DNA from: Haliotis rufescens | Lineage: Eukaryota | NCBI RefSeq assembly: GCF_023055435.1 | Contig: NW_025963846.1 | Coordinates: 2,976,001 to 3,040,000 of the forward strand | Direction: 5' to 3' | Length of the DNA: 64,000 nucleotides | Shown: positions 14,301-24,589 of the stretch, one piece after another | How the letters are laid out: every line of letters starts with the position of its first letter | Numbering within the stretch: the first letter of the stretch is position 1 | Notes under the pieces: generated by a model | What the model was told of the DNA's origin: nothing | The model's input: only the letters and a program-made list of their open reading frames with translations | The model's database searches: none | Program-made: the position numbers and the translations under genes

Positions 14301-14783
14301 TGATTGATTGATATTTTGAACAACGTCCCACGCCGTTGGGATACGATGACCCGCAATCAACTAAGTCAATATTCCTGAGGGGGCGGTCGGGTAGCCAAGT
14401 GGTGAAAGCGTTCGCTCGTCACGCCGTAGACCCGGGTTCAATTCCCGACATGGGTACAATGTGTGAAGGCCATTTCTGGTGTCCCCCGCCGTGATATTGC
14501 TGGAATATTGCTAAAAGTGGCGTAAAACCATACCCACTCACTCACTATTCCTGACCTCTCCCTTCATTTAGTTGTCTATTACGACAAGGACATTTTTCTT
14601 GGGACCTTACCCGGAATCCTGCTGGGAATAAATTACCCACAAATATAAGTCGTACTATCTGTGTTTCGAGTTATGATAGCAGGAATTATTATTTACAAAT
14701 GTTACTTTCAGGAGGATTACCAACTGTGTTACAGCATCGTGAAGGAATACAACCGCGACGCCAGCTTCTACGCCAACGTGTGA
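2219..14783 (+). CDS. Receptor-type protein tyrosine phosphatase (RPTP-1) with EGF/laminin-like ectodomain repeats, TM and tandem D1/D2; 5' exons outside the window
   Basis: 20 GT-AG phase-consistent exons: 2219-2350, 2715-2858, 4153-4264, 4564-4661, 5517-5836, 6139-6226, 6583-6647, 6967-7003, 7628-7725, 8317-8442, 8646-8785, 9186-9321, 9842-9988, 10371-10470, 11139-11212, 11756-11878, 12629-12760, 13164-13300, 13744-13879, 14712-14783. Motifs: [53 protein letters not shown]; D2 HCHDGASVSG; ends YANV*. Confidence 0.93.
2715..2858 (+). CDS. RPTP-1 exon, EGF/laminin-like repeat
   Basis: [48 protein letters not shown]; phase 1-1. Confidence 0.88.
4153..4264 (+). CDS. RPTP-1 exon, transmembrane helix
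   Basis: [27 protein letters not shown] followed by RRRR stop-transfer. Confidence 0.88.
4564..4661 (+). CDS. RPTP-1 juxtamembrane exon
   Basis: [32 protein letters not shown]; phase 2-1 links the neighbouring exons. Confidence 0.75.
5517..5836 (+). CDS. RPTP-1 juxtamembrane/wedge exon
   Basis: [13 protein letters not shown]...KKSFEVEFQ; overlaps ORF 5576..5845. Confidence 0.82.
6139..6226 (+). CDS. RPTP-1 D1 exon (pTyr loop)
   Basis: [29 protein letters not shown]. Confidence 0.88.
6231..6424 (-). mobile_element. SINE-like family D (no tRNA head), 5'-truncated
   Basis: Matches 45492-45755; (AAAC)n tail. Confidence 0.85.
6583..6647 (+). CDS. RPTP-1 D1 exon
   Basis: [22 protein letters not shown]. 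Confidence 0.92.
6967..7003 (+). CDS. RPTP-1 D1 exon
   Basis: [13 protein letters not shown], 37 nt. Confidence 0.9.
7050..7401 (+). mobile_element. tRNA-derived SINE family B
   Basis: A/B-box head, (CACCT)n tail, TSD cctttaagggcc/cctttgagggcc. Confidence 0.88.
7628..7725 (+). CDS. RPTP-1 D1 exon
   Basis: [33 protein letters not shown]. Confidence 0.92.
7800..8090 (+). repeat. Unclassified dispersed repeat (also ~28835-28990, 32170-32430, 60815-61060)
   Basis: Shared aatcactatcaaatagtgatgata...cacatgca...caagtcaa blocks. Confidence 0.55.
8317..8442 (+). CDS. RPTP-1 D1 exon
   Basis: [22 protein letters not shown]... Confidence 0.92.
8646..8785 (+). CDS. RPTP-1 D1 exon (WPD loop, catalytic Cys)
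   Basis: [14 protein letters not shown]...PMVIHC. Confidence 0.95.
8791..9053 (+). mobile_element. SINE-like family D, near full length
   Basis: Homologous to 45492-45755; starts 5 nt after an exon end. Confidence 0.85.
9186..9321 (+). CDS. RPTP-1 D1 exon (P-loop, Q-loop)
   Basis: [14 protein letters not shown]...[12 protein letters not shown]. Confidence 0.95.
9842..9988 (+). CDS. RPTP-1 D1-D2 linker exon
   Basis: [14 protein letters not shown]...KLRKQFQ. Confidence 0.9.
10371..10470 (+). CDS. RPTP-1 D2 exon
   Basis: ...[17 protein letters not shown]. Confidence 0.9.
10521..10823 (+). mobile_element. tRNA-derived SINE family B (internal deletion)
   Basis: GGTTCGATTCC B-box; TSD cctgttct. 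Confidence 0.85.
11139..11212 (+). CDS. RPTP-1 D2 exon
   Basis: [25 protein letters not shown]. Confidence 0.9.
11223..11479 (+). mobile_element. tRNA-derived SINE family C
   Basis: 13-bp TSD tctgtatgtataa; homologous to 49481-49762. Confidence 0.88.
11756..11878 (+). CDS. RPTP-1 D2 exon
   Basis: [30 protein letters not shown]. Confidence 0.92.
11910..12074 (-). mobile_element. SINE-like family D, 3' part with duplicated tail
   Basis: gagtctggaccagacaatccagtg core. Confidence 0.8.
12268..12493 (-). mobile_element. SINE-like family D
   Basis: Includes the 5' head. Confidence 0.82.
12629..12760 (+). CDS. RPTP-1 D2 exon
   Basis: [21 protein letters not shown]... Confidence 0.85.
13164..13300 (+). 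CDS. RPTP-1 D2 exon
   Basis: ...LLELVNSVH...KVLVHC; no WPD. Confidence 0.85.
13744..13879 (+). CDS. RPTP-1 D2 exon
   Basis: [17 protein letters not shown]...RPQFIQSF. Confidence 0.9.
14379..14545 (+). mobile_element. tRNA-derived SINE family A (~165 bp), nested in an old family-D copy
   Basis: A/B boxes, (ACTC)n tail, TSD tattcctga. Confidence 0.88.
14712..14783 (+). CDS. RPTP-1 terminal coding exon
   Basis: [23 protein letters not shown]. Confidence 0.9.
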   Translation, partial: EDYQLCYSIVKEYNRDASFYANV

Positions 14784-16021
14784 CGAGTACGACAACGTAC
14801 GACGAGTACGACAACGTACTAGTATGTGCCATGACATTTTCCGACCGCTTGAACATGACGATCGCCCTCCTACAAGATTGCATGCCGATCTTATCCACAG
14901 TACGAAGTGTTAAAAACTATGTCTGTTTTATGGTTGATCAAACTTAAGGAAAGTTTTATTTCTCTACAATCGTGTGAAAAACAATGCAACGACTGTTTGA
15001 AGAGGTGAACTACATTTGTTGTATATTTGATTACATTTAATGTGTTTTTTTTTATTCCTCTGTAAACAAAGTAATAATATCGTGTAAACATCACGATAAA
15101 TGTTATTACAAGAGCAAGCCTAATGTCAGCCTCGTTGGTCAAAATTCATTTAATGTCCCTGTGAATATATTTTTAATGGACATGTGTCGCGTATTGTTTT
15201 GTAGGTAGCACGTACTTCACCCCACCCAACATGTATACCATGCAAAACATTGATGTTACATATAAGTTTTTTAGTCCAGACAAGATTTTCCACGTCATTG
15301 TATATAGTACTGTATATCATAGTGAAGACAAGGATTTTTTACTCTACTCCTCCACCACTGTCATCAAAGGTTAAATATACCCTCCACTACTCTCTATGAT
15401 TCACTTGTTTCTCCATGAAATCACAGAGCACATAATATGTATCGATGTTTACATGCAATTAAAATGTATATATAAGGCGTCTTACTTTGTTGGGAAGTAT
15501 TGCTCCATATTCCAAAAGAACGTATACATCGACTAAGACTAAAATTGTACATATGTCACTGGAAATGTATTCTAAAGCCCAATTATTTATGGTACGATTC
15601 GTCCCAAGACAATTTTATGGCACTTTGGGCGAATTAACATCACTCAAACACATCTGTGGTCATAACTGTCACTTGTCACGTACATAAAACAGATGATGAT
15701 GTTCTGTCAACTAAGCGTGTTGGGCGCTTCCATATCACTTAAGTAATGTAATCAATATATTGTGTGACCTCTTCGGGCGCCCAGGCAAACACGACACTTC
15801 GTCGATTTACGTAAACCTCCTGATGACGTTATTGGTCATTGGGTATGCGGTTACACTCATTTAGGAATAATCTTTTAAATTTGAAGTTTAAACGATATAC
15901 GGCTTTTCCATTGGACGAGAGGTCGGTCACATGACCGCGAAATTGACGTTCATAAGTGTATGAACGACACAATTTGACGTTCATACGTTTTTCACGAGAC
16001 CGTGTTCTTGAAATGACGTAA

Positions 16022-16677
16022 ACACTGACGGATTACTTCCACATTCCTGGGGAAAACCCTGGGAATTCCCTAGCACGAAAACGAACATAAGCGTTCTTTC
16101 TGATTATTTAGAACATTTATTCTTGGTCTCAGCGTTTCAGTATACATTGAGAAATGTCAGAGAGCGTGACTGCATGGTTATTCACGAATATCCTCGCTAC
16201 GGCCCATCCTAATGAACAAACGAAGAAATGCACATCCAAACTATCTTAGTGTCGACTCGATCCGTGTCTAGGCTGACATTGACCGTCTCCAGCTATCTCT
16301 AAATTTACCTTTATGTCTGTTTGACGCGTCTTTATTCACCTTTCAATGATTGGCCAATTGATCAATGATGACTAACACATGTAACAGCCACAGGTTCATT
16401 AACAACTTCGGAAATCTCTCCCGTCACGTTTATCGTGTCGGCCATTTTGACGTCTTGTACTTTATGTAAATGTATTACGACGCGCGGTCATTGTGACTGA
16501 CTTACTGAGGTAGTTCTTTACAGACCTTTCTCATCTAATGAGGATATGATTTGAACACATGTGCTGTGTAAGATGTTTTTGAAGAGCAAGTTGTGCATCC
16601 ATACGCCCATGTCACCTCTCTTTTTGAGGAACTATTTTACTCCGCGATATAGCTGCTTGTTGTATGGCTGTCAGTGT
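16022..16677. repeat. Unclassified dispersed repeat, possible non-autonomous DNA transposon (CACTG...CAGTG ends)
   Basis: 16020-16160 is homologous to 44128-44250; short inverted ends acactgac/gtcagtgt. Confidence 0.35.
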
Positions 16678-17249
16678 AAACATGAAGTCACACGTACTAA
16701 ATAAAATTGTTTTTAGATCTTGGCCTACAACCTTTGAGGTAAGAAATTGTGATTAAAAAATTATAAGAATTGACTTTCACTTTGTGCGAGTTCATTGGAG
16801 TATGAACCTTCATAGAGTGAGGGCCAAACTGTATGAACGTCGGAGCTTGCGATGTCATTCGCTTGAAATACAAGTTGCACCCAGTAAAGTTAGCATTGGA
16901 ATTTGAAAGAAATTCAGACCCGGCTCATGCTGAAAATGGATAAATGTTAACGTTCTGTGAACTTTTGGTGTGTGTCATTCTACGACTGCTGATGACGGGG
17001 TTTATCGCTGGAGGCGGCGCGGTTGGATTTACTGAGGCACGATAGTGGGGAGCTCGGTGCACGTGATTTCTTTTAGTAGGTCGCACATTCTCTGTTATAG
17101 CTTCGAATGAACGCTTCATTTCGGTGACCCGATATACACATGATCTGTCTGACTTCATAACTTGCATCATTCATAGCCTAAATCGATGTCGCTCTCAGTT
17201 TTCCCTAATCTTTATAATGTTATTTTTCAATATTCAGTAATGTACATGT

Positions 17250-17990
17250 ACGTTCCAGCTGTACGCTGTTCGGTAGGTTTGGTAGGTTTGGACGGTGTCT
17301 TATGCGTTGCCTTAGATGATCCAAGAGATGTTCCACCGGTGAGAGGTCTGGTCAGCGTGACGGTCAGAGAAACACGGGTACAGTATTGACGTTGAGAAAG
17401 TCCTGGATTATTCGAGCAGTGTTGGACCTGGCATGTTCCTGTTGGAACATTATCCTTTGTAATTGTCTTCTGAGAAAGGTAAACCGCGGTCATATAGCTG
17501 GAATATTGCTGAGTGCGGTGTTAAACAACAAACAAAAAATGAGAAAGGGGAGGACAACAGGACAATGACTTCAGATTTGCATCCCTGTAACGTTGGGCGT
17601 TCAAATTTTTACGGAAGATAACAAGACGTGTCTTCCTTTAAACCACAAATCCCGCTCCACACCATGATGCAATCCAAGGCCAATCGTAAACCCCTCTAAA
17701 GGAAAACCCGCATCCACTCATCCAGTTGAATCTGCTCTCTGCTGAACGTCGCTGAGCGTCGCAGAGCAGTATCCTCGAACAATCATGTTGCTGCCAACGT
17801 CGCACATGTCGTCGAGATCACTGACGTCTATTTCGCCGAAGTTGACGGGGAAAGGGCATTCCAAAGTGGGGTCTGCAGGCCCGAATTCCTGCATCACGTA
17901 ATCGTCTTGACACTGTGTGTCTGCTGATTGACATTGTCATTTATGATGGTTTGGGATCCAACCGCTTGCTGTCTATACCCACTATATCGC
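17250..17990 (-). pseudogene. Tc1 transposase relic
   Basis: Minus-strand translation ISRHTVSRRLRDAGIR, IMVWSGI, NLNAQRYRD, MFQQEHARSNTARIIQDFL, PDLSPVEHLLDHL, with stops and frameshifts. Confidence 0.85.
17480..17539 (+). mobile_element. 5'-truncated SINE D tail inserted in the Tc1 relic
   Basis: TSD tgagaaagg at 17471-17479 and 17540-17548. Confidence 0.8.
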
Positions 17991-18864
17991 ACGTTCGCGA
18001 AACCATTATTGTTTCTCCTCCGTTAGTGGCAAGTAATTTTAACTCCCTTCGGGTATGTAGCGAGTACCATGCTTTCCGGTGAGAAAGGCTTTTGTTTATT
18101 ACGCATTCCGTCAAGGTGTTTTACGGATTTCAATGGATTTCAGTAAATTTCAGTGGATTTCAAGGGATTGCAATGGATAACTGTGAGTTTCTGTTGACTT
18201 TATGTTATAAACATCTTGAATATGATGAGCTCGGTTTCTCCGTTCAGAGGTTTCGAAAACATTACACTCAGCAATATTCCAACTATAGGACGGGAGTAGA
18301 TAATTGAAGTTGGACCAGACCTTTAAAAATCCAGTTTACACCCTTGCAAAACTTGTCGGAAAAATGGAGTTATATTTTAGCTGGACTAACGAGTCTACAA
18401 TCAAAATCGTGTAACGAAAACGACATCCGGTTCGTTAACTGCTGTGCGGATGTCGGTCGATTGCAGGATTTGCAAAGCATGTGCACCGCCAATTCGGCGT
18501 CATCAGATATTTCCAAATCTTTTCATTTTTTTATCGAGGTGCTCACGTGATTTGATGCGCTTCGCGAAGTAAAACACATTTTATCACAATATAGATTTTT
18601 ATTATCGATCAGGCCCCGGTTGTATCAAAGCCTCATTAACTAATTGATACATTAAACCCTAATGATACATTAAATTCTTAATGAACCATTAGTTAATGGC
18701 GTCATTAAAATCGGTTGTATCAAATGTTCATTAGCATATCATTATCTAATGATGCCTTAATGTAAATGTTTTCATTAACCTGTCATTAAATTCTGGGTTT
18801 CCCCTAAATATTTCCCACAATTCCCTGACGTAAACGTACACGTTACTTCAGGTCATCTGTCAAA

Positions 18865-20140
18865 ATGGCATCGTATCCACCTAAACCTAGGAATAGAAAC
18901 AAGAATTTCGACAGCCCCGAAATTCAGCTATGAGCCGAGTTGGTGGAGAAACACATCTCCATACTTAACAGTAAGTTGTGTAGCACAGTTACCCACGAAA
19001 GAAAAAGGCTATTTGGGCAGAAAAAAACTTCCAAAGTTAACGTTATCTGTATTTGTCAGCGTACAACAAAAGAAATAAAAACAAAATGGACGAACATGCA
19101 CCAGACGGCCAAAAGGGAATTCATGATCAGCAACAGACAGCTGGACATGAGGAAGACCGGGGGAGGTCCTTACATTTGCCCCACTTTCCACGACGAGTGA
19201 AAAGATAGTGGACATTTACAAGGAATGTACCAGTTTCACTGGACTCACGGGCATGGAATCGCAAGATCTAGTGATGCAAATTGGTATGTCGCCTGCACTC
19301 AAACAAATATCGATACACAAACTGTTGTTTGTGTTAAAAGTACTTTACATGATACAACGATCAAGTAGCCTAATCAGCTGCTCGATCATACACGTTGAAC
19401 AAGGCTGTGGGGAATCGGCTTACATTTAACCAACCTTTTTCACAACTCTTTAAGTGAAATTGCCGCTTGTGACAAAATGCACAGTGCACAGTTACGTTTG
19501 TATCTTCAATAATTCTGCAAAGAACTTTATTCGTGTAGAGGTACGGAAGTCGCCGATTTAAATTGCTCTCCCTCGACTTTACATCTGTTAGCACGTGCTT
19601 CAGAAGAAAATGTTGGCGATGTCCCTACTCGGGAAGCGTCTGTGTCGAGTTGTTCCAGCTCAAAGATCTACCCAGAAGGAAACACATCTGCATTTCATGC
19701 CGACATCAGTACTATCGAACAGTATGTCGTATTAATTATACTGGAATCTTACTTCTTGCAGCAGTGCTTACATACATGTGATACCAAGTCCTTTTCTCTA
19801 CTCGCCCATCCTTTAGACTGTACCACTCATACTAATTTTGACCTTTAACATACGCGTATACAGCGTAAAATTAACTGTATATATACACACGGAGACTCGC
19901 ATGACCATCATAATAAAATGATACAAAACAATGTATGTTTTCAGGCCTTTGGTCCAGATAGACAGTGGAGAAATCAAATCGTGTCACCAAGAGAAAGATC
20001 AAACAGGATGACATCACTCGACTGCAATAGGAGGTTTTGCTTGAGCAGAAAAAGAAAGTCATCCAGCAAACTATTTACTTTGAACTCATGAACAAGAAGC
20101 TCCGATTGGAGTTGGATAGCTTGATGTACCATGAATGAAA
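18865..20140 (+). pseudogene. Harbinger Myb/SANT-like DNA-binding protein, disrupted
   Basis: RNKNFDSPEIQL*AELVEKH...RTTKEIKTKWTNM...RKTGGGP; coiled-coil-like 3' part; in-frame stops. Confidence 0.8.
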
Positions 20141-20869
20141 AAGACATCCTCATATTTGAAATGTTACTATAGTTCATTAAAAAAATACAATTAGTTTGAT
20201 AGCGTGCTACACAGTGTTGTGTTGTATATTGAATCGCTCCAGTTGAACGAACGGGAGATAACTAACACTGTCAACGCTAATAAATTGTTATCTATCTTTT
20301 ACCACATATATTTACAATACAGGTAACCAAACACGTAGTACTTCTGTGTATTGTCGGGTGTTCTTTACGTTTGTTGCTGTAAATAAAGGTGACTAGGTGC
20401 GATAAGCCGATCAGTGAACACACGATTTCGACGACATTTATGTTAACCATATTGAACTATATCTTGAATAAACTTGATATCATAGAATCATCACTCCAGA
20501 TACACAATGAACCTTACATCCTCACCGTGAAGTCTTGGCGTTGTGAAACAAAATCAAACTCATGCGTGTAGCACTCGGCTTTATGTTTTCTGGGGGGAAA
20601 CGTGCACTATACGCTGGACAATACGTACGCAGTAATCTAAATTAGAGTTAACCAAAGCTGGGAAACCATATCCCTTTGACTCAATATGAAAAGACAACAG
20701 TGCACGCAAAAGATTTTGGTTGAACATTTGTTACAATTTTATGTTGCACGCATTGGCAAAATACTAGTATGCTACCGCGAACACTGTTAACTCTTCAGTG
20801 ACAACTAACGGTATCTCTGCCTTCTTCAGGATATTTATACTAACGCAGAGACAGTTTGACCATTTCAGT

Positions 20870-22226
20870 TAGTGAAATAGTGTCTTGTGATATAATCACG
20901 GATGCTCCGCCCATCTTCGGGACCTGTATATTGTCCTTCAATGTTACGGTCGTCCTCTCCATCAACATCCAGCATGGGGTCACGAAGAATTATCGCCAGA
21001 TTATGCAACACAGCACAAGCACCTGTGAAATATAGTAAGATTGTTAAAAGGGTTTACAGTATTGTAGTCATTCGATTCTTATGTTATGCGAGTGAGTGTT
21101 TCCCACTGATGTTAGCACTATTCCAGCTATATACGAGCTGGGGTACTTACAAACCTTATATGTTGTCAGTATTTAATGTCTTAATTTTATTTCATTTTAA
21201 AACTTTATTTATAGTACAGTTTTCGGAACTTATGTATGCGTTAGCTTCAAATTTATTTAATAGTTATATTATTATCTTAGTTAGCTAACCAATGATGGTC
21301 AAACACTCTCTGGGCTCATCCTGATTTCAACGTGCAGAACATGGAAACGCCGTTTGAGCTACCCAAATGCTCTTTCTATGGTTGACTTTGTTCTTTTATG
21401 GTAAGAGTTGAATCGCTCTTGCTCGGGGGTAGATGGCTTTAGATACGGAGTCATCAAATACGACAAGCGTATCCATGTCACCGAGAATAACGTCGTCTTG
21501 TAGAGTGGTATGGTGTGATTCCAGGTGTTGCCGCACGTTACTCATCGTGAACACGTGACTGTCATGCGTACTGCCTGGCCATCTCGTCACTAAGTTAGTA
21601 AATTTACCTACAGAAGGACACAAAACGGCCAATGTTAATATCAGTCAATATTGCCATCGAACCTGGTTCATATAGCAGCCACTGTCATATAGCTGAAATA
21701 TTGCTGATCGCGGCGTTAAACAACAAATACTGAAATCATATCATAGTATAAAGATTTGTCTGATAGCTGTTTCGTTTAACAATGTGAATGGTGTCAGGGT
21801 CGTTTACATATTGTCCTTGTGACTCTGAAGGGTGGATGTGTTTACTCCATGCACAGGTTTTACAGTGACATTTGTTGTTTTATTATATTCTAAGAATTTA
21901 TTTAACACACCTTGGCTGTCACACACTGCTTGAACGTTGATCGAATGGTAGCCTCTCCTATTGACAAAAGCAGGTTCGTTGTCTGCTGGTGCTCGTATCC
22001 GTTCATCCGATGACTCCAGGAAATCGAGATATATTGTAGAATTCCTTTCTAATGTCACCTATATCCCTCTCGGACGGCCAGGTTACAAACCTCGGCACAA
22101 GAGACGCAATGGCAAGGGAAATCATCCTAACAACTCATGAGGTTGTTGATTTGTCTATCCCTAATGTGTCGCCAGTGATTTGCAGGAAACTTCCACTTGC
22201 AAAGAAACGTAGGGTTACCAGAACCT
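20870..22226 (-). pseudogene. Harbinger (HARBI1-like) DDE transposase, spliced, disrupted
   Basis: VLVTLRFFASGSFLQITGD, FVNRRGYHSINVQAVCD, RWPGSTHDSHVF, IERAFG*LKRRFHVL. Confidence 0.88.
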
Positions 22227-22596
22227 GATAAAATGGTTATAAAGAGGCTAAAAATAGGTTTGACAAATTTTCAAATATTTCCATGATACTTATATCTACT
22301 TTAATCATTTTGCTGCGTTTTCATTATGTCTCAGTAAGTAAAGTGTGAATGATGGATATAAGATGTGCATGTTGTAATACTTAAAACGGATAGAACACGC
22401 AAAACTGTTCTCTTCAGTGTGCACGACACATTTAGTTTAAGTCATTAGAGTAAATCTCCTTTATGAATATGATCTTGGCTGACAACGCCTAGTTGAAAAC
22501 GTATCTTTCTAGATTGAAGTGAAAAGGATGCATGAATTTACATTACTTTCAATTGTGAAATATATTTACAAGGTTGGTATCATTAGGCTGCATATA

Positions 22597-22990
22597 TACT
22601 GAACCGCAAAAGAAACGTCATCCCAAGTGACATTGCATGAAAGTTGTCATTTAAATATCTGGGTAATTTTTGTCAAAGTTTCTCAAATTTAATATTACCT
22701 TGTCCGAAAAAATGAAATTTGATGATAAAAAAAACAAAGGAGATGACAATAAAACCGATCGCCCAAACGCATCACGGCAACGGCCAAACGGCAAAATTGA
22801 AATGCACATGCGTTCCCCCAAATCTTGCCTTATGAAAATCCACCCAGATCGGATAACATTCATTCGTTATTTAATTAATGCCACATGCAAAGATTAACAA
22901 GAAGTCAGCGACACCAAGTCCTTGGACGATTGCAAGCTGGACAAACCGCCCGGCAAGTCGCCAATGCATTTCACGTCCACGTAAGTACAC
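22597..22990 (+). mobile_element. Tc1 left end with transposase N-terminus, truncated by a satellite
   Basis: ta-tactgaaccgcaaaagaaacg TIR-like start; from 22885 MQRLTRSQRHQVLGRLQAGQTARQVANAFHVHVST. Confidence 0.75.
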
Positions 22991-24005
22991 TGTCATTAAT
23001 GTTCCTACCAGATCTAGTTAGTTCCTCCTCCTTTCATGTTCCTACCAGATCTAGATAGGTCGTCCGTCATTAATGTTCCAGCACGATCTAGGTAGGTACG
23101 CTGTCATTAATGTTCCTACCAGATCTAGTTAGTTCCTCCTCCTTTCATGTTCCCACCAGATCTAGATAGGTCGTCCGTCATTAATGTTCCAGCACGATCT
23201 AGGTAGGTACGCTGTCATTAATGTTCCTACCAGATCTAGTTAGTTCCTGCTCCTTTCATGTTCCCACCAGATCTAGATAGGTCGTCCGTCATTAATGTTC
23301 CAGCACGATCTAGGTAGGTACGCTGTCATTAATGTTTCTACCAGATCTAGTTAGTTCCTCCTCCTTTCATGTTCCCAACAAATCTAGATATGTACTCCGT
23401 CATTAATGTTCCTGCACGTTCTAGTCGTCCGTCATTAATGTTCCAGGACGATCTAATCATCCGTCATTAATGTTCCTGCACGATCTAGGTAGGTACCCTG
23501 TCATTAATGTTAATACCTGAACTAGTTAGTTCCTCCTCCTTTCATGTTCCCACCAGATCTAGATAGGTCGTCCGTCATTAATGTTCCAGCACAATCTAGG
23601 TAGGTACGCTGTCATTAATGTTCCTACCAGATCTAGTTAGTTCCTCCTCCTTTCATGTTCCCAACAAATCTAGATATGTACTCCGTCATTAATGTTCCAG
23701 CACGATCTAGGTAGGTACGCCGTCATTAATGTTCCTACTAGATCTAGTTAGTTCCTGCTCCTTTCATGTTCCCAACAAATCTACATATGTACTCCGTCAT
23801 TAATGTTCCTGCACGTTCTAGTCGTCCGTCATTAATGTTCCAGGACGATCTAATCCTCCGTCATTAATGTTCCTGCACGATCTAGGTAGGTACCCTGTCA
23901 TTAATGTTAATACCTGAACTAGTTAGTTCCTCCTCCTTTCATGTTACCACCAGATCTAGATAGGTCGTCCGTCATTAATGTTCCAGCACGATCTAGATAG
24001 ATCTA
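22991..24005. repeat. Satellite, 111-bp higher-order unit of three ~37-bp monomers
   Basis: tgtcattaatgttcctacc recurs at 22991, 23102, 23213... Confidence 0.92.
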
Positions 24006-24589
24006 GAACAAGCATGTAATGTTTCAGCTGAACACACAACGGACAAGCATGCCATGATATAAGTTAACTTGAAACTGAGTCCAGTGAACTAAAATGAACT
24101 TGAATAAGAATTAATTCTGGATATAAGATGAATTAAAAACAGAACTAACTAAAAACAAAATGTTGTAAACTGGTCGACATGTACAGAGCCAAGTTGAGCT
24201 TTGGTTTAAAAAGACGTAACAAAAAGAGATCAAATATCAGATTATGCGTGGTTATTCCGATATGTACACACAGATCATTGGAATGTTAATACCATATTGG
24301 CTGCTACTATTGACCTATGAATCTTGAAAGGGTGTTTTCAGTCTTTTAAGTTGAACCACTTCTCATGTTTATTGGGATTGGTTTTCAGAACTTTAGTCAA
24401 AGTTAGTCTTTGCAGTTGTAAATAAAACGAGTGATTTCAGTTCTACAAACTGATCATATAGCGAGTCTGCCAGTATGAATGTGAAAAGCATTGAAGCACG
24501 CCAGGCGTCAATTGTTTGCGTTTGTTCTTGTTGTTTCATTAATTCATATACACAGAACCCTTCCCCACTCTACCCAAGAACAGACCTTG

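Larger units (their letters stand above)
18612..22230. mobile_element. PIF/Harbinger transposon relic with convergent Myb/SANT and DDE nuclease genes; right end not found
   Basis: Left end ggccccggttgtatcaaag with subterminal repeats; both characteristic genes are present. Confidence 0.85.
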
